From: an uncultured Alphaproteobacteria bacterium
GTDB lineage: Bacteria > Pseudomonadota > Alphaproteobacteria > Rhizobiales > Xanthobacteraceae
DNA: 64,000 nucleotides
Assembly: GCA_963722265.1 (NCBI GenBank)
Contig: CAVRKR010000005.1
Location: 93,010-157,009, forward strand
Direction: 5' to 3'
Notes under the pieces: generated by a model
What the model was told of the DNA's origin: nothing
Seen by the model: the letters and a program-made list of their open reading frames with translations, nothing else
The model's database searches: none
Translations under genes and position numbers: made by a program
Part shown: positions 33,055 to 42,249 of the stretch, piece after piece
Layout: the number at the start of each line of letters is the position of its first letter
Numbering within the stretch: position 1 is the first letter of the stretch

Positions 33055-33128
33055 GGGTTGCTCCTATGCAACCCACTCTACCTATAGAAACTGCTTTGTC
33101 AAGGTTATAATCCCCGCGGGAAGGGCAA

Positions 33129-33143
33129 GAACATTAAGGGAAC
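33129..33143. promoter_or_regulatory. Alphaproteobacterial LexA (SOS) box, original comM operator
   Basis: GAAC-ATTAAGG-GAAC (GAAC-N7-GAAC) adjacent to -35 TTGCCC on the minus strand. Confidence 0.8.
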
Positions 33144-33436
33144 ATGGTACGGGCTTGATTCCAAGAAAGGTGGGGAAACGGAGCCATATGAGCGATTAGC
33201 CGGCAGGCGCCCTCGCCGTACTGGAGGCCCGTGAACATACCGCCGCTTTTCTCTGCGTTCGGCACGATGGCAATGCCTTTGGGTTTGATCGGCTCGCAGG
33301 AAAGGAAGAGAGTTTCCACAGCGCTTTGGTTGCACGGTGGTCGCCCTCTACGCGAGAGGTCCATTCCGTCGTGCATGTAAGTGAGCGCGAAGTAGACTAC
33401 AAAAAACATCACAATAACCGTCAAAGCCCTGCTCAT
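33134..33436 (-). CDS. Small membrane-anchored/secreted Cys-containing protein (100 aa)
   Basis: MSRALTVIVMFFVVYFALTY hydrophobic N-terminus; GAGG upstream; 3 Cys. Confidence 0.5.
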   Translation of the reverse strand: MSRALTVIVMFFVVYFALTYMHDGMDLSRRGRPPCNQSAVETLFLSCEPIKPKGIAIVPNAEKSGGMFTGLQYGEGACRLIAHMAPFPHLSWNQARTMFP

Positions 33437-33446
33437 CTCGCCAGCC

Positions 33447-33620
33447 TCACTCAGCCTTGGAAACCGAGGTGGACGAAAGCCGCGCGCGGGAGCTCGATCG
33501 ACCGGTCGAGACGCACAATGCAATGGCAAAGGCCGCCAGTTCCGGTGCAACCTGCACCCGCAAGCCCGCGGCGCGAGCTTCGATCACTTCAAAAGCGACG
33601 CTTGAAAACCGTTGGACCAT
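33447..33620 (-). pseudogene. Degenerate duplicate of the comM 5' end
   Basis: MVQRFSSVAFEVIEARAAGLRVQVAPELAAFAI versus ComM MVQRVSTVAFEGIEARAVDVQVPVAPGLPAFAI. Confidence 0.8.
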
Positions 33621-33639
33621 ACGATTCCTTCCACAATCC

Positions 33640-33683
33640 AAGGTAGCGGAAGGCGGAGAGAACATCAAGAACATTAAGGGAAC
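33640..33683 (-). promoter_or_regulatory. Second copy of the comM-type SOS promoter
   Basis: LexA box GAAC-ATTAAGG-GAAC 33669-33683; TTGATG-N17-TACCTT on the minus strand. Confidence 0.75.
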
Positions 33684-33946
33684 AAAGTGCGGTTTCGATT
33701 GCACCTTATGAGATACTGACCAACCGGGAGAAAATGGCTCCAGCTGTAAGCTAAACCATTGGGAACTAACGCCGTTCTAGGTTTCCAAATTGCATGATTC
33801 GCCGAATGTGCCTCAAAGCCGATGCTTGGCAATAGGCCGTGGGAAGACCATCGGCCCGTCGTCGCTTTCTTGTCCGCGTCTCACTTTTGGCTAACATCGG
33901 GAAAGACCGAAATTTCCCAAGCTCGCGCGCAGAAACGGAGAGCACG

Positions 33947-34387
33947 ATGCCGGCATCAGCACACGATGGCTTTGCGTTGGTCAAGCCAGGCCAGACCTAT
34001 CTCGGCAAACAGGGGATTGTCTATGGCGCGGGCGCATCCACCGAAACCGTCGGCGCGCAAAAGGTTTGCATGAACATCATGCCGATGCCACCCGGTGCGG
34101 TCGCCAAGGCGCATTACCATAAAGACATTGAGACGATCGCCTATATGCTGGAAGGCGAATGCGCCGTCTACTACGGCGACCACCTGCAACATCGCGTGCA
34201 GGTGCATCAGGGCGAGCAGTGTTTCTGTGCCGCTAACATTCCACACGCGCCGCGCAACGAAAGCGGGAGGCCATGCACCTGGATCGTCGTTCATTCATCC
34301 GGCAGCGACCAGGACGGCATCGTGCTTTTGCCGGAGCTTGACGCAGAATTGGCGCAGAAGGCTTACTTGCAAGCTCTCCGGTCGTAA
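33947..34387 (+). CDS. Cupin domain protein
   Basis: KAHYHKDIETIAYMLEG ... IPHAPRN cupin motifs; GGAG RBS. Confidence 0.85.
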   Translation: MPASAHDGFALVKPGQTYLGKQGIVYGAGASTETVGAQKVCMNIMPMPPGAVAKAHYHKDIETIAYMLEGECAVYYGDHLQHRVQVHQGEQCFCAANIPHAPRNESGRPCTWIVVHSSGSDQDGIVLLPELDAELAQKAYLQALRS

Positions 34388-34482
34388 GTCCCGTAGGTCA
34401 GCAGGATTTCGCAGTGCGTGCTCGACGTCCGCGCGATCATGATGACGACGATGATGAAAAGCAGAGCCAGGACCAACCGCAC
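34363..34482 (-). CDS. Putative 39-aa membrane/secreted peptide
   Basis: MRLVLALLFIIVVIMIARTSSTHCEILLTYGTYDRRACK; GTG start after purine-rich AAGGGGGAAGG. Confidence 0.4.
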   Translation of the reverse strand: MRLVLALLFIIVVIMIARTSSTHCEILLTYGTYDRRACK

Positions 34483-34733
34483 ACCTTCCCCCCTTATTTG
34501 CTCAGGTGTGCAATGGCGGGCGCAAGAGCTCCGCCGGGTGGTCCATGCGCATCGCCAAAAGCTTCAAAGGTTTGGTAGCGCATCCTGCCGGGGGAGCTAC
34601 CGAGCGACGGTCGCCAAAGCCATCACTGGCAAGTTGTGGAAGGCAATGGCAGATGGCGGCGAAGAGGGCAAGAACATTTGGCAACATTTGGTAACAAAGG
34701 GGAAGGCACTAAGAGCCGAAGCCGGGCCTTATT

Positions 34734-35009
34734 TCATCGCGTGTCCACCAGCGCGCCACGGCAGCCTTCGGAATTTACCTCGCGCCCCCATTTTCCCTGG
34801 GTACATGTCTGCATCACCTTGTCGGCCACACAAAATCCAGCCCCATCGCTGAAAGGCCGGCCGGCCCAAACGCAACCGTTGGGCGGCAGCGGCACCAACA
34901 CTGGCCCTGGCCCCAGATCAAACATGGGCGCCGGTTGCGGCGCCTGCCGGGCATAGGCCGCGAAAGAAAGCAGCACGCTGATCAGGATAGGTCTGGTGAG
35001 CATCATCAT
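34734..35009 (-). CDS. Small secreted 4-Cys protein (DUF1496-like)
   Basis: Signal peptide; CVWAGRPFSDGAGFC...C...GKW; GAGGGG RBS. Confidence 0.65.
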   Translation of the reverse strand: MMMLTRPILISVLLSFAAYARQAPQPAPMFDLGPGPVLVPLPPNGCVWAGRPFSDGAGFCVADKVMQTCTQGKWGREVNSEGCRGALVDTR

Positions 35010-35161
35010 TATCGTCCCCTCGGCTGATGCTGCCTTAGAATGGAGACGTCGGATGACAATCAGGCGACACCGCTCGACGGGCCGGCAATGCCCTGCGGAC
35101 GCCGCGCCTGGCGCGTTGGGGCCTCACGGGTTTAAGCGTTCTAGTTAAGTTTCAGCACGCC

Positions 35162-35410
35162 TCAACAACCGCGACAGATATTCTTTAGCTTGGCCGTGGT
35201 TCGAGCATCTTCATCGATGAAGGGGTCCTTGTAGGCTGCCCGCGATGGGTTGTTTTCCACCACCGGCGGCTTGTCCTTTTTTGGAGGAGACGCCGCATCG
35301 TAACAGGCAAGCCGGTCGCCCATATTTTCGATCGTGCGACAGTCCGGCCCGGCGGCAAGAGCACCCTGCGCGCACGCGCAGAGCGCTAAAACTAAGAGAG
35401 TCTTTTTCAT
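35162..35410 (-). CDS. Small secreted Cys-rich protein
   Basis: MKKTLLVLAL signal; CRTIENMGDRLACYD; C-terminal ICRGC. Confidence 0.7.
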   Translation of the reverse strand: MKKTLLVLALCACAQGALAAGPDCRTIENMGDRLACYDAASPPKKDKPPVVENNPSRAAYKDPFIDEDARTTAKLKNICRGC

Positions 35411-35583
35411 CCAATTTCCTTTGCGGGCATCAGTGCCCACGGGCTTCCCGCAACCAAGAGTTCGCGTTCTCGACGTGCAAGGTCAATCGGATGCCATATC
35501 GATGATGCAGCGCTCCGCAAAACGAGACATGCTCAAATTCGCCGAGCCGATGGCGCGTCAGATGCTGAACTTAGACAGCGTCG

Positions 35584-35718
35584 CTATTTCTTCTTCGGGG
35601 AACCGAAGCTCGGCTGCCATCCCGCGGTCTTTTGGCTCGGCGCCGCGGCAATTGTCTTGATCTTCTCTTTCTTGGGTTTCTTGGATTCCCGATTACCTCT
35701 TTGCTCGCCTTTGGCCAT
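35584..35718 (-). CDS. Small Lys-rich 44-aa protein
   Basis: MAKGEQRGNRESKKPKKEKIKTIAAAPSQKTAGWQPSFGSPKKK; GGGAG RBS. Confidence 0.65.
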   Translation of the reverse strand: MAKGEQRGNRESKKPKKEKIKTIAAAPSQKTAGWQPSFGSPKKK

Positions 35719-35883
35719 GCCGGTCTCCCTGAGTTCTCGACGACGCCGTGACTGGGTGCAAAATTTCCCCTCTTGAAGGCGCCTCGATCAACACCGCGCA
35801 ACAGTGCGCCCTTTGGCACCGAATAGCTATGTATTAGTTGCGGCCGTCTCGGCCTGTCTCAGGCGGTGGCCGGCCGTGCTAGC

Positions 35884-36084
35884 TCAGTCGTTAGGCGAAA
35901 TGCGCTCCTCCGCGCTTATGGCGCGCTCGAGCGCTTCGACCACCATCTGCGTCTCGATGAATTTGTTGCGTGCCCGCTCCGCCTTGTCCCGGTCAAAGGG
36001 AGCCGCCAGCACCTTCGCGTGCGCGTCCCGGTCCTCGACCATGCGTTCACGGGCTTTCTTCAGCGTTTCCAGTCGTTCGTTCAT
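35884..36084 (-). CDS. Hypothetical 66-aa helical protein
   Basis: GGGAG RBS, host-like codon use. Confidence 0.65.
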   Translation of the reverse strand: MNERLETLKKARERMVEDRDAHAKVLAAPFDRDKAERARNKFIETQMVVEALERAISAEERISPND

Positions 36085-36093
36085 TGCGGCTCC

Positions 36094-36200
36094 CTAAAGC
36101 GTTTTCGAGCGGAGTGGATGCCGGTTCGTGTGAAGAAAACGCGTCAAAACAAGAATCTGGAGCTTCGGTTCTGATTCAATCAGAAGCGATCACGGTCTAG
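36094..36200. repeat. CTAG-bounded short interspersed repeat (RIME-like)
   Basis: GCGTTTTCGAGCGGAGTGGATGCCGGTTCG...GAAAACGC; related copies at 41975 and 58897. Confidence 0.7.
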
Positions 36201-37012
36201 ACCACCTCATCGGTCCAGACTTTAAAGCTGACCAACGTGTTTGGCCCGAAAGTCTGGGTAATCGGAACGTCGGCGGCGTCGCGCCCTTGGGCGATCAGAA
36301 CCCGGCCAATTCGCGGAATGTTGTTGCGCGCATCGAACGTGTACCAGTGGCCGCCGATAAAGGCCTCGAACCAGCCCGCAAAATCGCCTGCGGCGTAGGG
36401 AGGGGGCATGCCGATATCACCGAGATAGCCCGTACAATATCGCGCGGGGATGTTCATGCAGCGGCAGAACGCGATGGCCAGGTGTGCGTAATCGCGGCAG
36501 ACGCCCTTGCTCTCGTTGAACACTTCCCATGCCGTCATGGTTGGCCGCGCATGTTCGTATCCGAATGCGATGTGGTTGTGGACAAAATCGCAAATCGCCT
36601 GGACCCGCGCCCAGCCCGGCGTCGTCTTCTCAAACAGCTTCCATGCAATATCGGAAAGCCGGTCGGTTTCGCAGTAGCGGCTGCCAAGCAGATAGACGAT
36701 TGCCTCCGCCGGGAGATCCTCGACCGCGTGCTGGGTGGCCGCAGGCACGATCATATCGGGTAGACCGCTGTCGCGAACGGTTCCATCGGCCGCCAGGCGT
36801 ACCCGACCCGCGGGCGCGACGATACGGCTGCACCAGTTGCCGAACCCATCGCGATAGGGCGTGATGGGCACGGAAGGGCTGATGGTCAGGTAATCGGGCA
36901 CGAGGATGTCGGAGGCCCGCGTAAAATGCGTGCCTACCACCGCGATCAAGGGCGTTGCTTGCGGAAAGTCGTAAACCATCTCGAAGCCGACACGAATCTT
37001 CATGCGAAACAC
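36197..37012 (-). CDS. Transglutaminase-like protein
   Basis: YLLGSRYCETD, GVCRDYAHL, PARYCTGY, GRDAADVP. Confidence 0.9.
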   Translation of the reverse strand: MFRMKIRVGFEMVYDFPQATPLIAVVGTHFTRASDILVPDYLTISPSVPITPYRDGFGNWCSRIVAPAGRVRLAADGTVRDSGLPDMIVPAATQHAVEDLPAEAIVYLLGSRYCETDRLSDIAWKLFEKTTPGWARVQAICDFVHNHIAFGYEHARPTMTAWEVFNESKGVCRDYAHLAIAFCRCMNIPARYCTGYLGDIGMPPPYAAGDFAGWFEAFIGGHWYTFDARNNIPRIGRVLIAQGRDAADVPITQTFGPNTLVSFKVWTDEVV

Positions 37013-37237
37013 CTGATCCTGGCCGCTTGAGAAATTCGCCTGCCGATTTTCGGGAAATGCTCGGGCGTATTGGTGAGATGGCTACGAAAGCGGCCGAATA
37101 CAAGCCAAAGCGAGGCTATTCGGCCTGACGCCGCCGGTCTCGCGAGAAAGCAGTAGCTAATCCATCCAAAAGAGCGCACGGTAATTCATGCACAACAACA
37201 GAGTCGGCCTGCAGCTGGTTGCGAAGCGCATTTTCAC

Positions 37238-37504
37238 ATGACCATGCGCTCGCGGCGAGAAACCATCACGTTTCAGCATCCCTTCCGGATCAGGGGCATC
37301 GACCGTCTGCTGCCTCCGGGGGCCTATGAGGTCATCACCGATGAGGAGATGATCGAAGGATTGTCGTTTGCTGCGTTCCGCCGGGTCGCCACCATGATCA
37401 TGGTGCCGGCGGCGACGCCGCGCAGCTCAACGATGGAGATGATTTCCATCGGCTCGGTCGATTTGTCCGACGCTCAGCGCATTGATGCAAGTGCGCCCTC
37501 GTGA
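37238..37504 (+). CDS. Hypothetical protein
   Basis: 88-aa ORF, LPPGAYEVITDEEMIEGLSF; overlaps next ORF (GTGA). Confidence 0.7.
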   Translation: MTMRSRRETITFQHPFRIRGIDRLLPPGAYEVITDEEMIEGLSFAAFRRVATMIMVPAATPRSSTMEMISIGSVDLSDAQRIDASAPS

Positions 37505-37797
37505 GTGACGGGCCGCTCGATCTCGACAAGCACCGCGGCATGGCCGCGCAAAAAGCCACCGACTTGAGGCGTCTTCTGGCGGACGCGGAGAACAATGCGA
37601 GGGAACTGCGCGAGCGTCAGGGGATACTCGAAGACCAACTGCTATCGGTTCAGGCTACTTCCTGGCCGGAGGCAGCGGCCAAGGCGCGCTATGTCCTCAA
37701 CTTGTACGCCGCGGGGCTCGGTCCGGGCGATGCCCGTCATCGCGATCTGGTCGCGGCTGTGTTTGCTGATTTTGCCCGGCTCGCCAACAAGGGCTGA
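37501..37797 (+). CDS. Hypothetical protein
   Basis: 98-aa ORF, LDKHRGMAAQKATDLRR; translationally coupled to the previous ORF. Confidence 0.7.
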   Translation: MSDGPLDLDKHRGMAAQKATDLRRLLADAENNARELRERQGILEDQLLSVQATSWPEAAAKARYVLNLYAAGLGPGDARHRDLVAAVFADFARLANKG

Positions 37798-37867
37798 GCA
37801 AATTGTTATTCCGAATGTCAGGAAACTCTCTGCGCTCGATGCAAGGTCGAGCGCCAACTTGAAAGTA

Positions 37868-38071
37868 ATGAAAGCCATGCAAAATCTTTCGCCGCGTCAC
37901 GTCAAGACAGAAGAGTCGCTTCGGCTTGGCGTCGTATCCGGATGGTACTCGACCAAAGTGAGCGGAACGTTTGTCTCCGGGCCTCACGATTCCGAGGCCG
38001 ATTGCCTTCGCAAAATCGCAGAGATCAATCCGCCGCCGGCAAAAGCCGCAAAGGCTGCGCCCGTAGCGTAA
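37868..38071 (+). CDS. Hypothetical protein
   Basis: MQNLSPRHVKTEES...GWYSTKVSGTF; start uncertain. Confidence 0.55.
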   Translation: MKAMQNLSPRHVKTEESLRLGVVSGWYSTKVSGTFVSGPHDSEADCLRKIAEINPPPAKAAKAAPVA

Positions 38072-38147
38072 CGATCAAGTAGAAGGGCGGCGTGACTCAC
38101 CGCCGATCAAGACATCGCTTGAAGGCAGAGTTTAAGGAGGTAGGCCA

Positions 38148-38432
38148 ATGGCACTGACACGCGGCAGCTTTGGCGGCTACGAATTTGAGCGGATGGTGGT
38201 CCGCTTTTCGATGGTGGACGGTCAAAGGGAAATACCCTGTGCCGTCAGCACGTCGGCTATGGACGATCTGGAAAAGCCGGAACGGACCAAGTCCGACCAG
38301 CGTGAAGCGCAATTCTTGCGGTTGCGCGATCAGATCGAAGAGCGTGCCGCCTGCAAGTTTCTTGCAAAGGAATTTGAAGGCACTCCGCCCGGCATCATCC
38401 TGCGCAGCCTGGATTTTCGAGATCGCGCATAG
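38148..38432 (+). CDS. DUF1488 family protein
   Basis: FSMVDGQREIPCAVSTSAMDDLE; AAGGAGGT RBS. Confidence 0.75.
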   Translation: MALTRGSFGGYEFERMVVRFSMVDGQREIPCAVSTSAMDDLEKPERTKSDQREAQFLRLRDQIEERAACKFLAKEFEGTPPGIILRSLDFRDRA

Positions 38433-38477
38433 CGGGAAGGTGCGCGCCATCCACCGGCTCTGCTGACCAGCATTCGC

Positions 38478-39455
38478 TTAGAGGGTCATTTTCATCGGCT
38501 CGGGGATGTCGTGAAAGCCTTCGCCGGTTTTCACGACATGGCCGATGCCCGGCCACGGGTAGTGGTAGATCATCACGGCGATTTTGTTCGCAGCCATCAT
38601 ATCCAGCATCTTGACGCGGCTTGCGGCCGATTGCTTCGGATCGGTGTCGTAGGCGAATTCCATCCGCGGCTTTTCCATCAGCAGGACCGGGTGGTGGGTG
38701 AGGTCGGCAAGGTAGGCGAAGGATTTGCCTTCCGACGTGATCATGAAGATGGTGTGGCCCACGGTGTGTCCGGGAGCCAACATGGCCTGAATGCCGGGCA
38801 GGAATTCCTGGCCGTCCTTGTAGAAGACGATGCGGTCGCGCACCGGCAAAAGGTCCTTGTGGGCGTGCACGATGAAATCCTTCACCGGGCTGCCCATCTT
38901 GCCCTCGTCGGTCCAGAAGTCGAAATCGTTCTGGGCGATATAGAACTGCGCGTTGGGGAACAACGCCTTGTTGTTCTCATCGACCACGCCGCCGATATGG
39001 TCGATATGGCCGTGCGAGAACACCACCGCGTCGATGTCTTCCGCCTTGATGCCGGCCTCTTTCATGCTCTTCTGTTGGCGCCCGGTGGTCGGGCCGAAAT
39101 TTTTCGCCGTGCCCAAGCCGGTGTCGAACAGCACGAGCTTGTCGCCCATGTTCACGATCGGCGAATTCTGCTCGAGCACGACATTGGTGGGGGACAGGAA
39201 ATTGTCGCTCAGCATTTTCCGCATCTCCTCATCCGGCACGCCGGTAAAGGTGCCCTTGGGATCGCCAAGCGTCAGCGCCCCGTCGGAGACAACCGTCACT
39301 TCGGCATTGCCGACATTGAAGCGGTAGAAAGTGGGTGCCTGTGTCCCGACCTTCGGGGCCTTCGCCAGTGCACTGCCGCCGAGCATGGCGGCTGAGCCGA
39401 GGCCGGCGCCCAGCTTGAGCAGGGACCTTCGCGAAACATCCAGTGTCATGCGCAT
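38478..39455 (-). CDS. Tat-exported metallo-beta-lactamase-fold hydrolase
   Basis: SRRSLLK Tat signal; HGHIDH, PGHT. Confidence 0.9.
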   Translation of the reverse strand: MRMTLDVSRRSLLKLGAGLGSAAMLGGSALAKAPKVGTQAPTFYRFNVGNAEVTVVSDGALTLGDPKGTFTGVPDEEMRKMLSDNFLSPTNVVLEQNSPIVNMGDKLVLFDTGLGTAKNFGPTTGRQQKSMKEAGIKAEDIDAVVFSHGHIDHIGGVVDENNKALFPNAQFYIAQNDFDFWTDEGKMGSPVKDFIVHAHKDLLPVRDRIVFYKDGQEFLPGIQAMLAPGHTVGHTIFMITSEGKSFAYLADLTHHPVLLMEKPRMEFAYDTDPKQSAASRVKMLDMMAANKIAVMIYHYPWPGIGHVVKTGEGFHDIPEPMKMTL

Positions 39456-39584
39456 CCTCTCCTGTTTATATGTTGGTGAACATTGTCCCGAGCGGACATA
39501 TCGACGGGTATCGAAAAGCTGCGACCGCTTTTTGACATTTGCTTTTTGACATTTGGATGGCGCGAACGCAACCAGACGGCGAGA

Positions 39585-40532
39585 TTATGGCGAAACTCGC
39601 TTCTTCTCGATCATGTCCCAGATCTTCGCGGCGATGTCGGGGCCGCCGAGGCGGGCGATGGCGCGAATTCCCGTGGGCGAGGTGACGTTGATCTCGGTGA
39701 GATTGCCGTCAATGACGTCGATCCCGACAAACAGCAATCCGCGCTGGCGCAAAGCTGGGCCCAGGCCAGTGCAGATTTCGCGCTCGCGCTCGGTCAGGTC
39801 GGTGGCTTTCGCCGCACCCCCCCGCACCATGTTGGAGCGCAAATCGTCCGCCGCCGGCACGCGATTGACGGCGCCGGCGAATTCGCCGTCGACCAGGATG
39901 ATGCGCTTGTCGCCGTGTTTGACCTCGGGGAGAAAGCGCTGGATCACCCAGGGTTCCTTGAACGTGACCGAAAACATGTCGAACAGCGAGCCGAAATTCA
40001 TGTCCTGCGGCATGACGCGAAACACCGCAGCACCACCATGGCCGTGCAGCGGCTTCATCACGACGGCGCCATGCTCGTCGCGGAACGCGTTGATCTCGTC
40101 GAGGTCGCGCGAGATCAGCGTCGGCGGCATCAGCTGCGGGAAATCCATCACGAAGAGTTTTTCCGGCGCGTTGCGCACGCTGGCCGGATCGTTCACCACC
40201 AGCGTCTTCGGATGCAGCCGTTCGAGCAGATGGGTGGAGGTGATGTAGGCGAGATCGAAGGGCGGGTCCTGGCGCAGCAGGATGACATCGAAAGCGGCGA
40301 GCTGCTCGCGGCGGGGCTCGCCGAGGCTGAAATAGTCTTCCGCCTCGTCGCGCACGGTGAGAATTTGCACCGGCGCCACCAGCTCCTCACCCTTCAGCGA
40401 AAGCTTGTCCGGCGTGTAATAGGACAATCCATGGCCGCGCTTCTGTGCCTCAAGCAGCAGCGCGAAGGTCGAATCGCCGCGAATGTTGATGCGCGTGATG
40501 GGGTCCATCTGGACGGCGACGTTCAATTTCAT
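39585..40532 (-). CDS. gshB: Glutathione synthetase
   Basis: [32 protein letters not shown]. Confidence 0.97.
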   Translation of the reverse strand: MKLNVAVQMDPITRINIRGDSTFALLLEAQKRGHGLSYYTPDKLSLKGEELVAPVQILTVRDEAEDYFSLGEPRREQLAAFDVILLRQDPPFDLAYITSTHLLERLHPKTLVVNDPASVRNAPEKLFVMDFPQLMPPTLISRDLDEINAFRDEHGAVVMKPLHGHGGAAVFRVMPQDMNFGSLFDMFSVTFKEPWVIQRFLPEVKHGDKRIILVDGEFAGAVNRVPAADDLRSNMVRGGAAKATDLTEREREICTGLGPALRQRGLLFVGIDVIDGNLTEINVTSPTGIRAIARLGGPDIAAKIWDMIEKKRVSP

Positions 40533-40568
40533 GGGCGGGGTCCGCTGACTGGTTCGGGGCTTAAGGTC

Positions 40569-40994
40569 TCAAGGGCCGGCATCGAACGCCGCTAACAGAT
40601 GGCGCGGCAGGCGTCGCGGCGCAATCAGCACGGCGTCAAAATGAAAATCATATTCGGCATGCTCGGGATGCGCCATCAGCCAGGCCTGGGCGGCGGCGAT
40701 AATGCGCGCCTGCTGACGCGGCGTCACCGCGTAGGCTGCCTCATCGAGGCTGGCCCGGGCCTTGACCTCGATGAAAGCCAACAGATTGCGCCGGCGCGCC
40801 ACGATGTCGATCTCGCCATAGGGGGTGCGAAACCGCTTGGCCAGGATGCGGTAGCCCTTGGCCAGGAGATACGCCGCGGCGCGGGTCTCCGCCGAAAGCC
40901 CGGTCTGAAACGCGGCGACGCGTTCGGGCGAGGCGGATGTTTTCGACTTGTTGGACGGCGCCGCCCCGTCAGCCTTTGCGTCAGGCTTTGTCAT
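40569..40994 (-). CDS. YraN family protein (UPF0102)
   Basis: [18 protein letters not shown]. Confidence 0.9.
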   Translation of the reverse strand: MTKPDAKADGAAPSNKSKTSASPERVAAFQTGLSAETRAAAYLLAKGYRILAKRFRTPYGEIDIVARRRNLLAFIEVKARASLDEAAYAVTPRQQARIIAAAQAWLMAHPEHAEYDFHFDAVLIAPRRLPRHLLAAFDAGP

Positions 40995-41965
40995 GCGCGC
41001 TCCCGGCCGTCATCGGCCTTGCGTGTTTGCTCGCCGTTCTCCTTCGCAAGCTCAAGCGCGCGGGCGTAGATTTCGCGACGCGGCCGCCCCGAAAGCTCCA
41101 CGGCATGGGCAACCGCGTCCTTGACGCTGTCGCGCTTGAGCCTGTTGCGCAGGAGATCGTCGAGCGCATCCTCGCTCATGGCATGCAGGCCCGCCGCCGC
41201 GGGGGCGACCACCAGCACGAACTCGCCGCGCGTCTCGAGCGAAGCGGCACCTTGCGCCAGCCCGGTGAGCGACGCGCGGCTTATCTCCTCATGCAGTTTG
41301 GTCATCTCGCGGCAGATCGCGGCGTCGCGCGCGCCCATGATCTCGGCCAGATCGGCCAACGTCTCCTGCACGCGGTTTCCGGACTCGAACATCACGAGCG
41401 TTGCATCGATGCGCGAAAGTTCTAGCAGCCGCGCGCGGCGCGCGGCAGCCTTCGGCGGCAGGAATCCTTCGAAGTAGAAGCGGTCCGTCGGCAGCGCCGC
41501 CACCGACAGCGCCGCCAGCACCGAGGACGGTCCGGGCAGCGCGACCACCCGATGGCCCGCGGCGCAGACCTCGCGCACCAGCTTGAAGCCGGGGTCGGAA
41601 ATCAACGGCGTTCCGGCATCGGAGACGAGCGCAATCGATGCGCCTTCCGCCAGCCGCTCGAGGATCTTCGGCCGCGCGAGCGCGGCGTTGTGCTCGTGAT
41701 AGGGCTTTAGTTGCGCTGCGATCGCATAACGCTCGGTCAGCCGGCGGGTGATCCTGGTGTCTTCGCAGGCGATGATGTCGACGCCTGCGAGCGTCTCCAA
41801 CGCGCGCAGCGTGATGTCGCCGAGATTGCCGATTGGCGTTGCCACCAGATAGAGGCCGGGAACCGGCTTGGCGGCAGTAAGGACCTGCCCATTCACGGAA
41901 AAAGTCCGCGCCCGGGGTTGTGCCAGCCCATCAGAGGTGTTTGTGGAAGCAGCTTTTGCGCGCAT
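40991..41965 (-). CDS. rsmI: 16S rRNA C1402 2'-O-methyltransferase
   Basis: [42 protein letters not shown]. Confidence 0.96.
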   Translation of the reverse strand: MRAKAASTNTSDGLAQPRARTFSVNGQVLTAAKPVPGLYLVATPIGNLGDITLRALETLAGVDIIACEDTRITRRLTERYAIAAQLKPYHEHNAALARPKILERLAEGASIALVSDAGTPLISDPGFKLVREVCAAGHRVVALPGPSSVLAALSVAALPTDRFYFEGFLPPKAAARRARLLELSRIDATLVMFESGNRVQETLADLAEIMGARDAAICREMTKLHEEISRASLTGLAQGAASLETRGEFVLVVAPAAAGLHAMSEDALDDLLRNRLKRDSVKDAVAHAVELSGRPRREIYARALELAKENGEQTRKADDGRERA

Positions 41966-41974
41966 AATGATAAT

Positions 41975-42025
41975 CTAGATCGTTTTCGAGCGAAGTGGAT
42001 ACCGGTGGGTACGAGGAAAGCGCCC
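41975..42025. repeat. Degenerate copy of the CTAG-bounded repeat
   Basis: CTAGATCGTTTTCGAGCGAAGTGGATACCGGT. Confidence 0.6.
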
Positions 42026-42249
42026 CAATTATGGGTCGAGAGAAGGTTTACGCCAAAGCTTGCATGCGCAAAGCAGCAAGTCTCCTGTCGCGCGATGGTG
42101 AGGCGAGCCTGCAACCGGTCTTGGTGCCAGGAGGCCATAATCCTTTTGTTTTGGTTAACCATTCGCCGACAATATGCCTGAATCCACCCTCCTGATCCCT
42201 CAGAAGGGTGAATTCCCGGCCATTTAGCCGGGCAAGATGAAGAGATGCG

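Larger units (their letters stand above)
30711..33115 (-). mobile_element. IS1595-family element with passenger cargo
   Basis: 24-bp IRs GGTGATTATAACCTTGACAAAGCA / TGCTTTGTCAAGGTTATAATCCCC (1 mismatch); direct repeat GCGGGAAGG at 30702-30710 and 33116-33124. Confidence 0.93.
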
